DNA from: Hydrogenophaga sp.
Lineage (GTDB): Bacteria > Pseudomonadota > Gammaproteobacteria > Burkholderiales > Burkholderiaceae_C
Direction of reading: 5' to 3'
NCBI RefSeq assembly: GCF_051860785.1
Contig: NZ_JBIMLB010000016.1
Coordinates: 9,108 to 73,107 of the forward strand
Length of the DNA stretch: 64,000 bases
The translations under genes were made by a program, and so were the position numbers. The notes beneath the pieces were generated by a model that worked only from the letters and a program-made list of their open reading frames with translations, made no database searches and had not been told where the DNA came from. Positions 32,962 through 43,760 of the stretch are shown piece after piece; within the stretch, counting starts at the first letter, position 1; each line of letters opens with the position of its first letter.

Positions 32962-34236
32962 ATGAAAGTTCTCGTGATTGGCAGCGGTGGCCGCGAACAT
33001 GCGCTGGCCTGGAAACTCAAGCAATCTGAAGGCGTGAGCCAGGTCTTTGTGGCGCCGGGCAATGCCGGCACCGCCCGCGACGCGGACCTGCGCAACCTGG
33101 CGCTCACCGACAAGGTGGTCCTGCGCGAATGGGTGCAGGCCAATGGCATCGGTCTCACGGTGGTCGGCCCCGAAGCGCCTTTGGCCGCGGGCGTGGTGGA
33201 CGAATTCCGCGCCCATGGCCTGGCCATCTTCGGTCCCACCAGGGCGGCCGCGCAACTGGAGAGCTCCAAGGCCTTTTCCAAGGCCTTCATGGAGCGCCAC
33301 GGCATTCCCACGGCCAGGTACCAGAGCTTTACCGATCCCACTGCCGCGCATGCCTACGTGGACGCCGAAGGTGCCCCCATCGTCATCAAGGCCGACGGCC
33401 TGGCCGCTGGCAAGGGTGTGGTGGTGGCCATGACGGTGGCCGAGGCGCACGAAGCCATCGACTTCATGCTGGTGGACAACACCCTGGGCGTGGCGCACAA
33501 CGAAGGTGGTGCGCGGGTGGTGATCGAAGAATTCCTGAGCGGTGAAGAAGCGAGCTTTATCGTGTTGTGCGATGGCGAGCACGCCCTGGCCCTGGCCACC
33601 AGCCAGGACCACAAGCGCCTGCTCGATGCCGACCAGGGACCCAATACCGGCGGCATGGGGGCCTATTCGCCCGCACCGGTCGTCACGCCTGCGGTGCACG
33701 AGCGCGCCATGAACGAAATCATCCTGCCGACGCTGCGTGGCATGGCGGCCGACGGCATTCCTTACACCGGCTTCCTGTATGCGGGCTTGATGATCACGCC
33801 GGACGGGCGGGTCAGGACGCTGGAGTTCAACTGCCGCATGGGCGACCCCGAAACCCAGCCCATCCTGATGCGTCTGCGCAGCAATCTGGCGCAAGTGCTT
33901 CTAAGCGCCACTCGCGCCGAACTGGACCGTGTCAGCCTCGAGTGGGACCCGCGCGTGGCGCTCGGTGTGGTGCTGGCTGCCGCCGGCTATCCGCTGAATC
34001 CGCGCAAGGGTGATGCCATCGCCGGCCTGCCGGCCGACGCATCCGACTGCATGGTGTTCCACGCAGGCACCGCGCAGGTGGACGAGCAAGTGCAGGTGTC
34101 GGGAGGGCGCGTGTTGTGCGTCACCGCGCTGGCAACTTCGGTGGCCCAGGCGCGAGAGCGTGCCTACGAGGCGATCGGATCCATCGGTTTTGACGGCATG
34201 CAGTACCGCCGCGACATCGGGTACCGCGCACTTTGA
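32962..34236 (+). CDS. purD: Phosphoribosylamine-glycine ligase
   Basis: GSGGREHAL, KADGLAAGKGV, GPNTGGMGAYSP and EFNCRMGDPE. Confidence 0.98.
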   Translation: MKVLVIGSGGREHALAWKLKQSEGVSQVFVAPGNAGTARDADLRNLALTDKVVLREWVQANGIGLTVVGPEAPLAAGVVDEFRAHGLAIFGPTRAAAQLESSKAFSKAFMERHGIPTARYQSFTDPTAAHAYVDAEGAPIVIKADGLAAGKGVVVAMTVAEAHEAIDFMLVDNTLGVAHNEGGARVVIEEFLSGEEASFIVLCDGEHALALATSQDHKRLLDADQGPNTGGMGAYSPAPVVTPAVHERAMNEIILPTLRGMAADGIPYTGFLYAGLMITPDGRVRTLEFNCRMGDPETQPILMRLRSNLAQVLLSATRAELDRVSLEWDPRVALGVVLAAAGYPLNPRKGDAIAGLPADASDCMVFHAGTAQVDEQVQVSGGRVLCVTALATSVAQARERAYEAIGSIGFDGMQYRRDIGYRAL

Positions 34237-34874
34237 ACGCGCCCGCCGACTACCCCGGCCCGCACGAAGTTCGCTTCAAGGGCTCGGCCCTGGCTCGATG
34301 GCTCCTGGGGTGCGCTGGCTGGAAACTGCAATACGAAGGCTTCCCCTCGCTTCAGGGGGTGGCCATCATCTATCCCCACACCAGCAACTGGGATTTCGTG
34401 GTGATGATCCTGGCCAAATGGACGATCGGCGTGCCGGCCCACTTCTGGAGCAAGGATTCGCTGTTCCGCGTGCCGCTGCTCGGGCGCTGGCTGAGCTGGC
34501 TGGGCGGTATCGCCTTGCAGCGTGGGTCGCCGCAGGGCATGGTCGGCAACATGGTGAATCTCATGAACCAGCACCGGCAAGAAGGGCGTGTGCTCTGGCT
34601 GGCGCTCTCGCCCGAGGGCACGCGGCGGCGCATGCCGGGCTGGCGCAGCGGGTTCTACCGCGTGGCCCTGGGCGCCGATGTGCCCGTCGCGCTGGTTCAC
34701 CTGGACTACAGTCGCAAACAGGTCAAGGTCATGGATTTTCTGCGCATGAGTGGTGATATCGACGCCGATCACGCCCGCATCGCGGCCGCCTACGAAGGCG
34801 TGGGTGGGTTGCGGCCGGAAGGCGCCAGTCCGGTGCAACCTTTGTCCAAGGCTTTTTCTGCCGATACGGTGTGA
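34233..34874 (+). CDS. PlsC-like acyltransferase
   Basis: PHTSNWD (HX4D) and SPEGTR motifs. TTG start overlaps the purD stop. Confidence 0.88.
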   Translation: MNAPADYPGPHEVRFKGSALARWLLGCAGWKLQYEGFPSLQGVAIIYPHTSNWDFVVMILAKWTIGVPAHFWSKDSLFRVPLLGRWLSWLGGIALQRGSPQGMVGNMVNLMNQHRQEGRVLWLALSPEGTRRRMPGWRSGFYRVALGADVPVALVHLDYSRKQVKVMDFLRMSGDIDADHARIAAAYEGVGGLRPEGASPVQPLSKAFSADTV

Positions 34875-35794
34875 GCATGCAACAGACCCCTCAGTCCCTG
34901 GTTCGTGAGTACCTCGTCGATCTGCAGGAGCGCATCACCTCCACGGTGGCGCTGGTCGATGGCGGTCGATTCCTCGTGGACAGCTGGACCAAACCGCGCG
35001 GCGACAAGCTGCAAGGCAGCGGCATCACCCAGATCCTCGAGGACGGTGTGGTCTTCGAGCGCGCGGGCTGCGGCTTCTCCCATGTGAGCGGGCCACGCCT
35101 GCCGCCCTCAGCCACCCAGCACAGGCCAGAACTGAGTGGCGCACCCTTCGAAGCCATGGGCGTCTCACTGGTGTTCCATCCGCGCAATCCCTACGTGCCC
35201 ACGGTGCACATGAACGTGCGCATGCTGGCGGCCACGCCTGCGGGCGGTGAGCCGGTGTGCTGGTTCGGTGGTGGCATGGACCTCACGCCGTACTACGGCT
35301 TCGAGGAAGACGCCGTGCATTTCCATCGCTCAGCGAAACAGGCCCTCGATCCCTTCGGTGTCGACAAGTACCCTCGCTTCAAGCGGTGGTGCGATGAGTA
35401 TTTCTACCTCAAGCACCGCGAGGAGCAGCGTGGCATTGGCGGCGTGTTCTTCGACGACTTTTCCGAGCTCGGTTTCGATGGCAGCTTCGCCATGATGAGT
35501 TCGGTGGGCGATGCCTTCCTCGACGCGTACCTGCCTCTCGTGGATCGTCGAAAGAACACGCCCTATGGCGAGCGCGAGCGCAGCTTCCAGCTCTACCGGC
35601 GTGGCCGCTACGTTGAATTCAATCTGGTGTGGGATCGCGGCACGCACTTCGGTCTTCAGTCTGGCGGGCGCAGCGAGTCCATCCTGCTTTCCATGCCGCC
35701 GCTGGTCAGCTGGGCCTACAACCGCAAGACGAAGAAGGGCACGCCGGAAGAACGCCTCTACAAGGATTTCCTGGTGCGCAAGGACTGGATCTGA
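34871..35794 (+). CDS. hemF: Oxygen-dependent coproporphyrinogen III oxidase
   Basis: [25 protein letters not shown] and [10 protein letters not shown]. Confidence 0.97.
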   Translation: MSMQQTPQSLVREYLVDLQERITSTVALVDGGRFLVDSWTKPRGDKLQGSGITQILEDGVVFERAGCGFSHVSGPRLPPSATQHRPELSGAPFEAMGVSLVFHPRNPYVPTVHMNVRMLAATPAGGEPVCWFGGGMDLTPYYGFEEDAVHFHRSAKQALDPFGVDKYPRFKRWCDEYFYLKHREEQRGIGGVFFDDFSELGFDGSFAMMSSVGDAFLDAYLPLVDRRKNTPYGERERSFQLYRRGRYVEFNLVWDRGTHFGLQSGGRSESILLSMPPLVSWAYNRKTKKGTPEERLYKDFLVRKDWI

Positions 35795-36426
35795 TGGCCG
35801 CCCGGCGAGTGGGCATGTTCGGCGGCGCCTTCGACCCGCCCCACCGCGCCCATCGCGCGCTGGCCGAGACGGCGCTCGAGCAACTGGAGCTGGACGTCCT
35901 GCACATCCTGCCCACTGGCCAGGCCTGGCACAAAACGCGCGCACTCTCACCCGCAAAAGACCGCGTGGCCATGTGCCAGCTAACTTTTGGAGATTTGCCG
36001 CGTGTGGTGCTCGACGAGCGAGAGATTCATCGCGAAGGACCCAGCTACACCGCCGACACCCTGAGCGAACTGCAGCGTGAGTACCCGGGAGCCGAACTCT
36101 TCCTGGTGCTGGGCGCCGACCAGTTGCTCGCCTTCAAGACCTGGGTGCGCTGGCAGGAAGTGTTGCAACTGGCCACGCTGGCGGTGGCCAACCGTGCCAC
36201 CGACATCGGCGCCCACGCGTCCCTGGACCAGACCACCGAGACCGATCTCTCGGCGGTGGATATTCCCTTTCAATCGCTGCGCATGCCGCTGAAAAACATC
36301 AGCGCCACCGACGTGCGGGCCCGCGTGGAACGGTCCACGCTGGACATCGGAGCGCTGGACGTTCTGGTGCCAGAGGCCGTCGCACGCTATATTTCACAAC
36401 ACCACCTTTACCAGCCTCCTCAATGA
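35794..36426 (+). CDS. nadD: Nicotinate-nucleotide adenylyltransferase
   Basis: GGAFDPPHRAH, SYTADTL, LGADQ and ISATDVR. Confidence 0.93.
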   Translation: MAARRVGMFGGAFDPPHRAHRALAETALEQLELDVLHILPTGQAWHKTRALSPAKDRVAMCQLTFGDLPRVVLDEREIHREGPSYTADTLSELQREYPGAELFLVLGADQLLAFKTWVRWQEVLQLATLAVANRATDIGAHASLDQTTETDLSAVDIPFQSLRMPLKNISATDVRARVERSTLDIGALDVLVPEAVARYISQHHLYQPPQ

Positions 36427-37070
36427 CCAGCGAAACCACAGCCAAAAAAGACATCCAGAAACTCCAGCGAGCCATCGTCGACGGCCTGGAGGACGTGAAG
36501 GGTCAGGACATCGTGGTCTTCAACACCGAGCACCTCTCCCCCCTGTTCGAGCGGGTCATCGTCGCCAGTGGCACTTCCAACCGGCAAACCAAGGCCCTGG
36601 CCGCGAGCGTGCGCGATTCGGTGCGCGAAGCCGGCTTCGACAAGCCGCGCATCGAGGGTGAGGAAAACGGCGAATGGATCATCGTGGACTGTGGTGCGGC
36701 TGTGGCGCATGTGATGCAGCCCGTGATTCGGCAGTACTACCGCCTCGAAGAAATCTGGGGCGCCAAGCCGGTTCGTTTGAAGCACGGTGCTGAAAAGCCC
36801 GCTGCGCCAGTGAAACCTGCTGCGAAAAAGAAGCCGTCGAAAAAGCCTGAAGCTGCACCTGTTTCTGCCAGGACCGTGGTGCGCAAGGCCGCTTCCAAAG
36901 CCGCCCCGGCTCCGGTGGCTGCAAAGAAGGCGCCGGCGCGCAAGGCCACGCCGGTCAAGACCTCCTCGCCCAAGAAGGTGGTTGTGGTTGGGAAGCCGGT
37001 GGCGAAGAAGTCCCCTGCGAAGCCCGCTGCCCGCACCACCAGCAAACCGGCCGCCAAGAAGAAGACATGA
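36423..37070 (+). CDS. rsfS: Ribosome silencing factor with a basic C-terminal extension
   Basis: [15 protein letters not shown] and [10 protein letters not shown] core, followed by a 95-aa K/A/P-rich tail. Confidence 0.93.
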   Translation: MTSETTAKKDIQKLQRAIVDGLEDVKGQDIVVFNTEHLSPLFERVIVASGTSNRQTKALAASVRDSVREAGFDKPRIEGEENGEWIIVDCGAAVAHVMQPVIRQYYRLEEIWGAKPVRLKHGAEKPAAPVKPAAKKKPSKKPEAAPVSARTVVRKAASKAAPAPVAAKKAPARKATPVKTSSPKKVVVVGKPVAKKSPAKPAARTTSKPAAKKKT

Positions 37071-37534
37071 AGCTGCTGATCGTCGCGGTCGGGCTGAGGG
37101 TGCCCGACTGGGCCCAGACCGCCTACGACGATTACGCCAAGCGCTTTCCCCCCGAGTTGCGGGTGGAGATCAAGACCGTCAAGACCGAGCCGCGGGCTTC
37201 CCGCACGCTGGAGACTTTGCTCACGGCCGAACGTGAACGCATTGAAGCCGCCATTCCCCGGGGCAGCCGCGTGGTCGCGCTCGACGAGCGCGGCACCACG
37301 CTCACCACCAAGGCGCTGGCCCTGCAACTGCAGCAGTGGCAACTGGAGGGCGACGACGTGGCGTTGGTCATCGGCGGGCCCGACGGGCTTGACCCCGCGT
37401 TTCGCGCCGCGGCGCACCAGCGCATCCGCCTGTCTGACCTGACGCTGCCGCACGCCATGGTGAGGGTGCTCCTCATCGAACAGCTCTACCGAGCCTGGTC
37501 CGTCAACGCCAATCACCCCTACCACCGCGAATGA
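37067..37534 (+). CDS. rlmH: 23S rRNA m3Psi1915 methyltransferase
   Basis: LDERG, IGGPDG, EQLYRAW and HPYHRE. Confidence 0.96.
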   Translation: MKLLIVAVGLRVPDWAQTAYDDYAKRFPPELRVEIKTVKTEPRASRTLETLLTAERERIEAAIPRGSRVVALDERGTTLTTKALALQLQQWQLEGDDVALVIGGPDGLDPAFRAAAHQRIRLSDLTLPHAMVRVLLIEQLYRAWSVNANHPYHRE

Positions 37535-38148
37535 CCGACTTCATTTATCTCGCCTCCCAGAGCCCGCGCCGCAAGCAGTTGCTGGAGCAATGGGGCGTGC
37601 GCTGCGAACTGCTGCTGCCTGACGCCTCAGAAGATGCGGAGTCGCTCGAAGCGGTGTTGCCTGGCGAGGCTCCGGCGGCGTACGTCCAGCGGGTCACCGG
37701 GCTCAAGTTGCAGGCTTCTCTGGCGCGGTTGAAGCGCCGGGGCCTACCGAGTGCACCCGTGCTGTGCGCAGACACCACCGTGGCCCTGGGGCGGCGCATT
37801 CTGGGCAAGCCGGGCGATGCCGCCGAGGCGCGTCGCATGCTGGCCGATCTGGCGGGGCGTCGCCATCGCGTGCTCACTGCTGTGGCGGTGGGGAAACCCG
37901 GCGCGCGCACCAACCGCACCTGGGCCGCCCTGTCTACGTCGTGGGTGAGTTTCGAGGCGTTGAGTGCCGCGCGCATCCGTCGCTACGTGGACAGCGGTGA
38001 ACCCATGGGCAAAGCCGGCGCCTATGCCATCCAGGGCAAGGCTGGCCTCTGGGTCAGCCACATCAGTGGCAGTTATTCGGGCATCATGGGCCTGCCCGCG
38101 CACGAAACCGCCCAGGTGCTTGAAGCGGTCGGTGTTCAGCTGGACTGA
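37531..38148 (+). CDS. maf: Maf family nucleotide pyrophosphatase
   Basis: [17 protein letters not shown] and KAGAYAIQG. Confidence 0.95.
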   Translation: MTDFIYLASQSPRRKQLLEQWGVRCELLLPDASEDAESLEAVLPGEAPAAYVQRVTGLKLQASLARLKRRGLPSAPVLCADTTVALGRRILGKPGDAAEARRMLADLAGRRHRVLTAVAVGKPGARTNRTWAALSTSWVSFEALSAARIRRYVDSGEPMGKAGAYAIQGKAGLWVSHISGSYSGIMGLPAHETAQVLEAVGVQLD

Positions 38149-38182
38149 ATCCATCAAAAACAACGCCACGGAGACGGCCTTC

Positions 38183-39754
38183 ATGAGCCAGGACATTCTG
38201 ATCAATTGGTCGCCGCAGGAGACGCGCGTGGCCGTGGTGGAGCAAGGCGCGGTGCAGGAAGTGCACCTGGAACGCACGCTGGAACGCGGGCTGGTGGGCA
38301 ACATCTACCTGGGCAAGGTTTCGCGCGTGCTGCCGGGCATGCAGTCGGCGTTTATCGACATCGGCCTTGACCGCGCGGCCTTCCTGCACGTGGCCGACCT
38401 CATGCCCAACATCGCGGCCAAGCACGCCGCGCCACGCGAGCGCGCGCCGCAGCAGACTTCTCCGGACGCGGAGGCCTCTGCGCCAGCCGTGCCTGCCGCG
38501 GTCGTCAACAGCGCGCCGAAGGTGCTCACACCCAACCCGGTGCTGCCGATCGAACGGCAGATCTTCGAAGGCCAGGCCCTGATGGTTCAGGTGCTCAAGG
38601 ACCCGATCGGCACCAAAGGCGCGCGTCTGACGGCGCAGATCAGCATCGCGGGGCGCCTGCTGGTGTTCCTGCCGCAGGACAACCACATCGGCGTGTCGCA
38701 GAAGATCCCGCCGGCCCAGCGCGAGGCCTTGCGCCAGCGCCTGGTGCGGCTCACCGCCACGGCCGACGGCAGCGCAGCGGGCGGCTTCATCCTGCGCACC
38801 AACGCCGAAGACGCCACCGACGAGGAGCTGGTGGAAGATACCGCGTACCTGCGCAAGACCTGGCTGCGCATCAAGGAAGCGTCCACGCGGCAGCCTTCGG
38901 CGACCTTGCTGCATGAAGACCTGAACCTCATGCAGCGTGTGCTGCGCGACCTGGTGGGCGCGCAGACGCAGTCGATCCGCATCGACTCGCGCGAGCAGCA
39001 CGGCCTGTTGACCACCTTTGCCGCCGAGTTCATGCCCGACACCGTGACCAAGCTGCAGCACTACAGCGGCGAGCGTCCGATCTTCGATCTGTTCAACATC
39101 GACGAAGACATCGTGCGCGCGCTCAGCCGACGCGTGGACCTCAAGTCCGGCGGATATCTGGTGATCGACCAGACCGAAGCGCTGACCACGGTGGATGTGA
39201 ACACCGGTGGCTTCGTGGGAGCGCGCAATTTCGACGACACCGTCTACCGCACCAATCTGGAAGCGGCGCAGGCCATCGCGCGGCAATTGCGACTGCGCAA
39301 CCTGGGAGGCATCGTCATCGTGGATTTCATCGACATGGTGCGCGACGACCACCGCGAATCGGTGCTTTCCGAATTCCGCAAGCAGCTCGCGCGCGACCGC
39401 GTAAAGACAATGACCGGCGGATTCTCCCAGCTCGGCCTGGTGGAGATGACGCGCAAGCGCACCCGCGAATCGCTGGCCCACATGCTGAGCGAATCCTGCG
39501 TGGCGTGTTCCGGGCGCGGCGTGGTGAAGACAGCGCGCAGCGTGTGCTACGACATCCTGCGCGAGATCCTGCGAGAGGCGCGAGCCTTCAATCCGCGCGA
39601 GTTCCGGGTGGTGGCCTCGCCCAAGGTGATCGAGCTTTTCCTGGACGAGGAACGCGCCCACCTCGCTGGCCTGTCGGATTTCATCGGCAAGCCGATCTCG
39701 CTGCAGAGCGAGAACTCGATGACGCAGGAGCAGTACGACATCGTGCTGCTTTGA
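38183..39754 (+). CDS. rng: Ribonuclease G
   Basis: GNIYLGKV, AAFLH, IDQTEALTTVDVNTG and LRLRNLGG. Confidence 0.96.
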   Translation: MSQDILINWSPQETRVAVVEQGAVQEVHLERTLERGLVGNIYLGKVSRVLPGMQSAFIDIGLDRAAFLHVADLMPNIAAKHAAPRERAPQQTSPDAEASAPAVPAAVVNSAPKVLTPNPVLPIERQIFEGQALMVQVLKDPIGTKGARLTAQISIAGRLLVFLPQDNHIGVSQKIPPAQREALRQRLVRLTATADGSAAGGFILRTNAEDATDEELVEDTAYLRKTWLRIKEASTRQPSATLLHEDLNLMQRVLRDLVGAQTQSIRIDSREQHGLLTTFAAEFMPDTVTKLQHYSGERPIFDLFNIDEDIVRALSRRVDLKSGGYLVIDQTEALTTVDVNTGGFVGARNFDDTVYRTNLEAAQAIARQLRLRNLGGIVIVDFIDMVRDDHRESVLSEFRKQLARDRVKTMTGGFSQLGLVEMTRKRTRESLAHMLSESCVACSGRGVVKTARSVCYDILREILREARAFNPREFRVVASPKVIELFLDEERAHLAGLSDFIGKPISLQSENSMTQEQYDIVLL

Positions 39755-39769
39755 CGGGGCCCCGTGCGT

Positions 39770-41575
39770 TCAGGTACCGGTGCTCAGACCTTGCGAGTGC
39801 AGCCTGGCGTACAGGCCATCGGCTGCCAGCAGCTGCGCATGCGTACCCTGCTCGGTGATGCGACCCTCTGCCAGCACCACCACGCGATCGGCATGTTCGA
39901 TGGTGGAGAGCCGGTGCGCGATTACCAACGTGGTGCGGCCCTTCATGAGGCGGGCCAGGGCGTCCTGCACCAGCCGCTCGGACTCGTTGTCCAGCGCGGA
40001 GGTGGCTTCGTCCAGGATCAGGATGGGCGCGTCCTTGTAGATCGCGCGGGCGATGGCCAGCCGTTGGCGCTGACCACCCGAGAGTTCGGTCGCGTTGTGG
40101 CCCACGGTGCTGTGAATGCCCTGGGGCAGGCGAGCGACGAGCTCGCTGAGGTTGGCTGATGCCAGCGCGGCGTGCACGCGCTCGAGGTCAATCTCGGCAT
40201 CGGATGCACCCAGGGCCACGTTGGCCGCGAGCGAGTCGTTGAGCATCACCACGTCCTGGCTGACCATGGCGAACTGGCGCCGCAGGCTGGCGAGTTCCCA
40301 TTGTGTCAGGGCCACGCCGTCGAGCAGGATCTCGCCTTCATCCACTTCCACGAAGCGCGGAAGCAGGTTCACCAGCGTGGTCTTGCCCGAGCCGGACGGG
40401 CCTACCAGGGCCAGCACTTCGCCTGGGGCAATGTCGAGCGAGATGCCGCGCAGCGCGGTGCGGCCCTGTTCGGCGGCTTCGTTCTGCGCCGAGCCCTCTT
40501 TGGCCGGATAACGCACCCACACCGAGTGCAACTCGATCTGGCCCCGAACGCGATCGGCCTGGTGCCTGCCTCCGGCCTGCTCGGGTGTGTGCTCGATCAA
40601 TTCGAGCCCACGCTCCAGCGCGACCAGGCCGCGCGTGACGGGTGCGGTGATTTCGGCCAGGTGCCGGATCGGTGTGATCAGCATCAGCATGGCGGTGACG
40701 AAGGCGACGAAGTTGCCCACCGTCACGCCGCTGGAACTGCTTTGCCACAGGGCCACGGTGATCACCGCCGACAGCGCCGCCGAGGCCAGCAGCTGGGTGA
40801 GTGGCGTCATGGCGGCCATCGCCACGGTGGATTTGAGCGCCAGGCGCCGCAGCGCCACGCTGAGCACACCGAAGCGTTCGGACTGGCGCCGCTGCGCGCC
40901 GTGCAGGCGCACCATGCGGTGGGCGAGGGCGTTTTCCTCCACCACGTACGCCAGTTCGTCGGTGGCGTGCTGGTTGTCGCGCGTGAGCTGGTAGAGCCGG
41001 CGCGAGAGCACGCGCATCATGAAAATGAGGGCCGGAAACACCGTGAGCACGATCAGTGTGAGGCCCCAGTTCAGGTAAAAAAGGTAGCCCAGCAGCGCCA
41101 CCACGGTCAGGCTGTCCTTGGTGAGCGTCAGGATGGCCGAGACCAGCATCTGCGAACCGTTCTGCACCTCGTAAACGAGCGTATTGGAGAGCTTGCTCGC
41201 GCTCTGGCGCGAGAACAGCGTCATCTGCGCATCGTTGAGTTTGGCGAACATCGCGCGCCGCAGGTTCAGCAGCCCGAGGCTGGCGGTGTACGAGAGCGAG
41301 TATTGCGCCACGAAGGTGGCCATGCCCCGAATGCCAAAGAGGCCCATGAGCGCCACCGGCACGGCCCACAGGGGAATGTTGCCCTCGGTGAAGCCTTCGT
41401 CGAGCAGGGCCTTGAGCAGGATGGGAATCATCGGCTCCGTCAGCGCGCCCACCAGGGTGCTCACGGCCGCCAGCACGATGCCTGCCTTGGCCGATCGGAA
41501 ATAGGGCCACAGGCGCATGAGGCGCTGAGACAGCGTGCCCTCCAGAGGCTTGTGCGGGGTGTTGGTGTCGTTCAA
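39770..41575 (-). CDS. msbA: Lipid A flippase MsbA
   Basis: ABC exporter TMD plus NBD, GPSGSGKT, LSGGQRQR and DEATSALD. Start uncertain. Confidence 0.88.
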   Translation of the reverse strand: MNDTNTPHKPLEGTLSQRLMRLWPYFRSAKAGIVLAAVSTLVGALTEPMIPILLKALLDEGFTEGNIPLWAVPVALMGLFGIRGMATFVAQYSLSYTASLGLLNLRRAMFAKLNDAQMTLFSRQSASKLSNTLVYEVQNGSQMLVSAILTLTKDSLTVVALLGYLFYLNWGLTLIVLTVFPALIFMMRVLSRRLYQLTRDNQHATDELAYVVEENALAHRMVRLHGAQRRQSERFGVLSVALRRLALKSTVAMAAMTPLTQLLASAALSAVITVALWQSSSSGVTVGNFVAFVTAMLMLITPIRHLAEITAPVTRGLVALERGLELIEHTPEQAGGRHQADRVRGQIELHSVWVRYPAKEGSAQNEAAEQGRTALRGISLDIAPGEVLALVGPSGSGKTTLVNLLPRFVEVDEGEILLDGVALTQWELASLRRQFAMVSQDVVMLNDSLAANVALGASDAEIDLERVHAALASANLSELVARLPQGIHSTVGHNATELSGGQRQRLAIARAIYKDAPILILDEATSALDNESERLVQDALARLMKGRTTLVIAHRLSTIEHADRVVVLAEGRITEQGTHAQLLAADGLYARLHSQGLSTGT

Positions 41576-41768
41576 GAGCAGGTCGATTCGGGAATTCGCA
41601 GGAATCTGCGGAACATTGCGGGTCGGTCGGGATCAAGAAGCCACGGCGCGAACCCTTGGTCGCGCTCACATCTTGTCACGGGACGGGGTAAACCCTCCGT
41701 TATTATCAGCCGGTTGGATTTGGCAACCCGAGCCGAGCCGCCACCCAGGAAAAAGCGACACACACAGG

Positions 41769-43085
41769 ATGCTGGATTTGACCCCAACCAAAATGCTGGC
41801 CACCCTTCCAAGACGACGCGTGCTCGGCCTGGTTTCTTCCTTGCCGTTGCTCACCTGGCCGTTGACCGATGCCCGCGCCCAGTTCCGCGTCGAGGTCTCC
41901 GGCGTCGGCCTGACCCAATATCCGATTTCTGCCGTCGCTTTTCGGGGCAACGACGTCGCCACCGAGAACATCGCGGCCATCGTTCGCGCCGACCTGGAAC
42001 GCAGCGGCCAGTTCCGTTTTGTTGAGCCGGTCAGCTCGGGCCTGGACGAGACCTCGCGCCCCGACCTCGGACCGTGGCGCGAGAAGGGCGCCGATTCGCT
42101 GTTGACGGGCAGCGTCACCCGGCTCGCCGATGGACGCTTCGACGTGCGTTTCCGCCTCTGGGACGTGGTGCGCGGACAGGATCTTGGCGGCTTGAGCTAT
42201 CCCGTCAGTGCCCAGGATCTGCGTCTTGCAGCGCACCGCGTTGCCGACCACATCTTCGAGAAGATCACCGGCGTGAAAGGTGTCTTCTCCACCCGCATCG
42301 CCTACGTGACCAAGGCCGGTCCACGTTACAACCTCTGGGTGGCCGATGCCGATGGCGAGAACGCCCGTGCTGCGCTCACCAGTCCCGAACCCATCATCTC
42401 GCCGAGCTGGGCGCCCGGCGGTGCGCAACTCGCCTACGTTTCGTTCGAGGCGCGCAAGCCGGTCATCTACGCCCACGATGTCGCCTCTGGAAAACGCCGC
42501 CTGCTGGCGAACTTCAAGGGCTCGAACAGCGCACCTTCCTGGTCGCCCGACGGCCGCTCCGTGGTGGCCACGCTTTCCCTCTCGGGCAACACGCAGATCT
42601 ATTCCATGGATGCCGCCGGTGGCGAGCCCCGCCGCCTGAGCCAGACCGCCAGCATCGACACCGAGCCGGTCTTCAGCCCCGACGGCAACAACATCTATTT
42701 CGTGAGCGACCGCGGTGGCTCCCCGCAGATCTACCGCATGAGCGCGCAAGGCGGCAATGCGCAGCGGCTCACCTTCAACGGCAACTACAACATCTCACCC
42801 GCCCCCAGCCCGGACGGGCGATGGCTCGCGTTTGTCTCGCGCATCGGCGGGGGCTTTCGCCTGCACGTAATGGAACTTGCCAGCGGCACCGTGACCGCCT
42901 TGAGCGAATCCAACGCCGACGAAAGCCCGAGCTTCGCCGCCAACAGCCGCATGATCATCTACGCCACGCGCGATCGCGGGCAGGAAGCGCTCATGACCAC
43001 CACCGTCGATGGCCGCATCAAGACCCGCCTGGCGGGTTCGCAAGGCGACATCCGTGAGCCGGAATGGGGCCCGTTCCTGCGCTGA
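41769..43085 (+). CDS. tolB: Tol-Pal beta-propeller protein TolB
   Basis: DLERSG, FSTRIAYV, PIISPSW and PD40 repeats. Confidence 0.96.
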   Translation: MLDLTPTKMLATLPRRRVLGLVSSLPLLTWPLTDARAQFRVEVSGVGLTQYPISAVAFRGNDVATENIAAIVRADLERSGQFRFVEPVSSGLDETSRPDLGPWREKGADSLLTGSVTRLADGRFDVRFRLWDVVRGQDLGGLSYPVSAQDLRLAAHRVADHIFEKITGVKGVFSTRIAYVTKAGPRYNLWVADADGENARAALTSPEPIISPSWAPGGAQLAYVSFEARKPVIYAHDVASGKRRLLANFKGSNSAPSWSPDGRSVVATLSLSGNTQIYSMDAAGGEPRRLSQTASIDTEPVFSPDGNNIYFVSDRGGSPQIYRMSAQGGNAQRLTFNGNYNISPAPSPDGRWLAFVSRIGGGFRLHVMELASGTVTALSESNADESPSFAANSRMIIYATRDRGQEALMTTTVDGRIKTRLAGSQGDIREPEWGPFLR

Positions 43086-43161
43086 GTTGACGCTCGCCAG
43101 CCGGCCCGAATCCTGCATAGTTTTCCCATTTTTTTCACCCATTCGTTTCAGAGGAATTTCC

Positions 43162-43755
43162 ATGTTCAATACCGACTCATCCGCTCGACTTGCTCCCCGC
43201 AACCGGCTGACCCAGCGCTGGCTGCGCTTGATCGCTGGCCTGGGTCTTGCCGCCGTGCTGGCTGCCTGCAGCTCGGGCGTCAAGCTTGACGACGTGCCCG
43301 TGGAAGACCGCACGGGCACCTCCACAGGAGCTGGCGCCGGCGGCGCCGGTGGTCAGGGCGGTGCGGTGGACCCCCGCGGTGTGTCAGGCGTTTCGGTGGC
43401 CGGTTCCGACGCCGCTCAGCCCAATGCCCTGACCCGCGTGGTGTACTTCGACTACGACAGCTTCGAGGTGAAGGCCGAGTTCGCTGCCACGCTGGAAGCC
43501 AATGCGCGCTACCTCAACGCCAACCGCACCCGCCGCGTGAACCTCGAAGGTCACACCGACGAACGTGGTGGCCGCGAATACAACCTCGCTCTGGGCCAGA
43601 AACGTGCAGAAGCCGTGCGCCGTGCGCTGAGCCTCCTGGGTGTGAGCGAGGCGCAGATGGAAGCCGTGAGTTTCGGCGAAGAAAAGCCGGCACAGACGGG
43701 GCTGGACGAAGCCGCCTTCGCCAAGAACCGTCGCGTTGAACTGACCTACCGCTGA
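43162..43755 (+). CDS. pal: Peptidoglycan-associated lipoprotein
   Basis: Lipobox LAAC, EGHTDERG, YNLALGQKRA and NRRVE. Confidence 0.97.
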   Translation: MFNTDSSARLAPRNRLTQRWLRLIAGLGLAAVLAACSSGVKLDDVPVEDRTGTSTGAGAGGAGGQGGAVDPRGVSGVSVAGSDAAQPNALTRVVYFDYDSFEVKAEFAATLEANARYLNANRTRRVNLEGHTDERGGREYNLALGQKRAEAVRRALSLLGVSEAQMEAVSFGEEKPAQTGLDEAAFAKNRRVELTYR

Positions 43756-43760
43756 TCCCT

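Noticed and set aside
37964-38182. N-terminal extensions in the ORF track (rng; also livH, GST, kinase, crotonase, lexA, icd, clpS, tolB, pal, nadD, pilU, dapD)
   Set aside because: The extensions overlap upstream genes or promoters. Downstream starts match family N-termini and SD or -10 positions.
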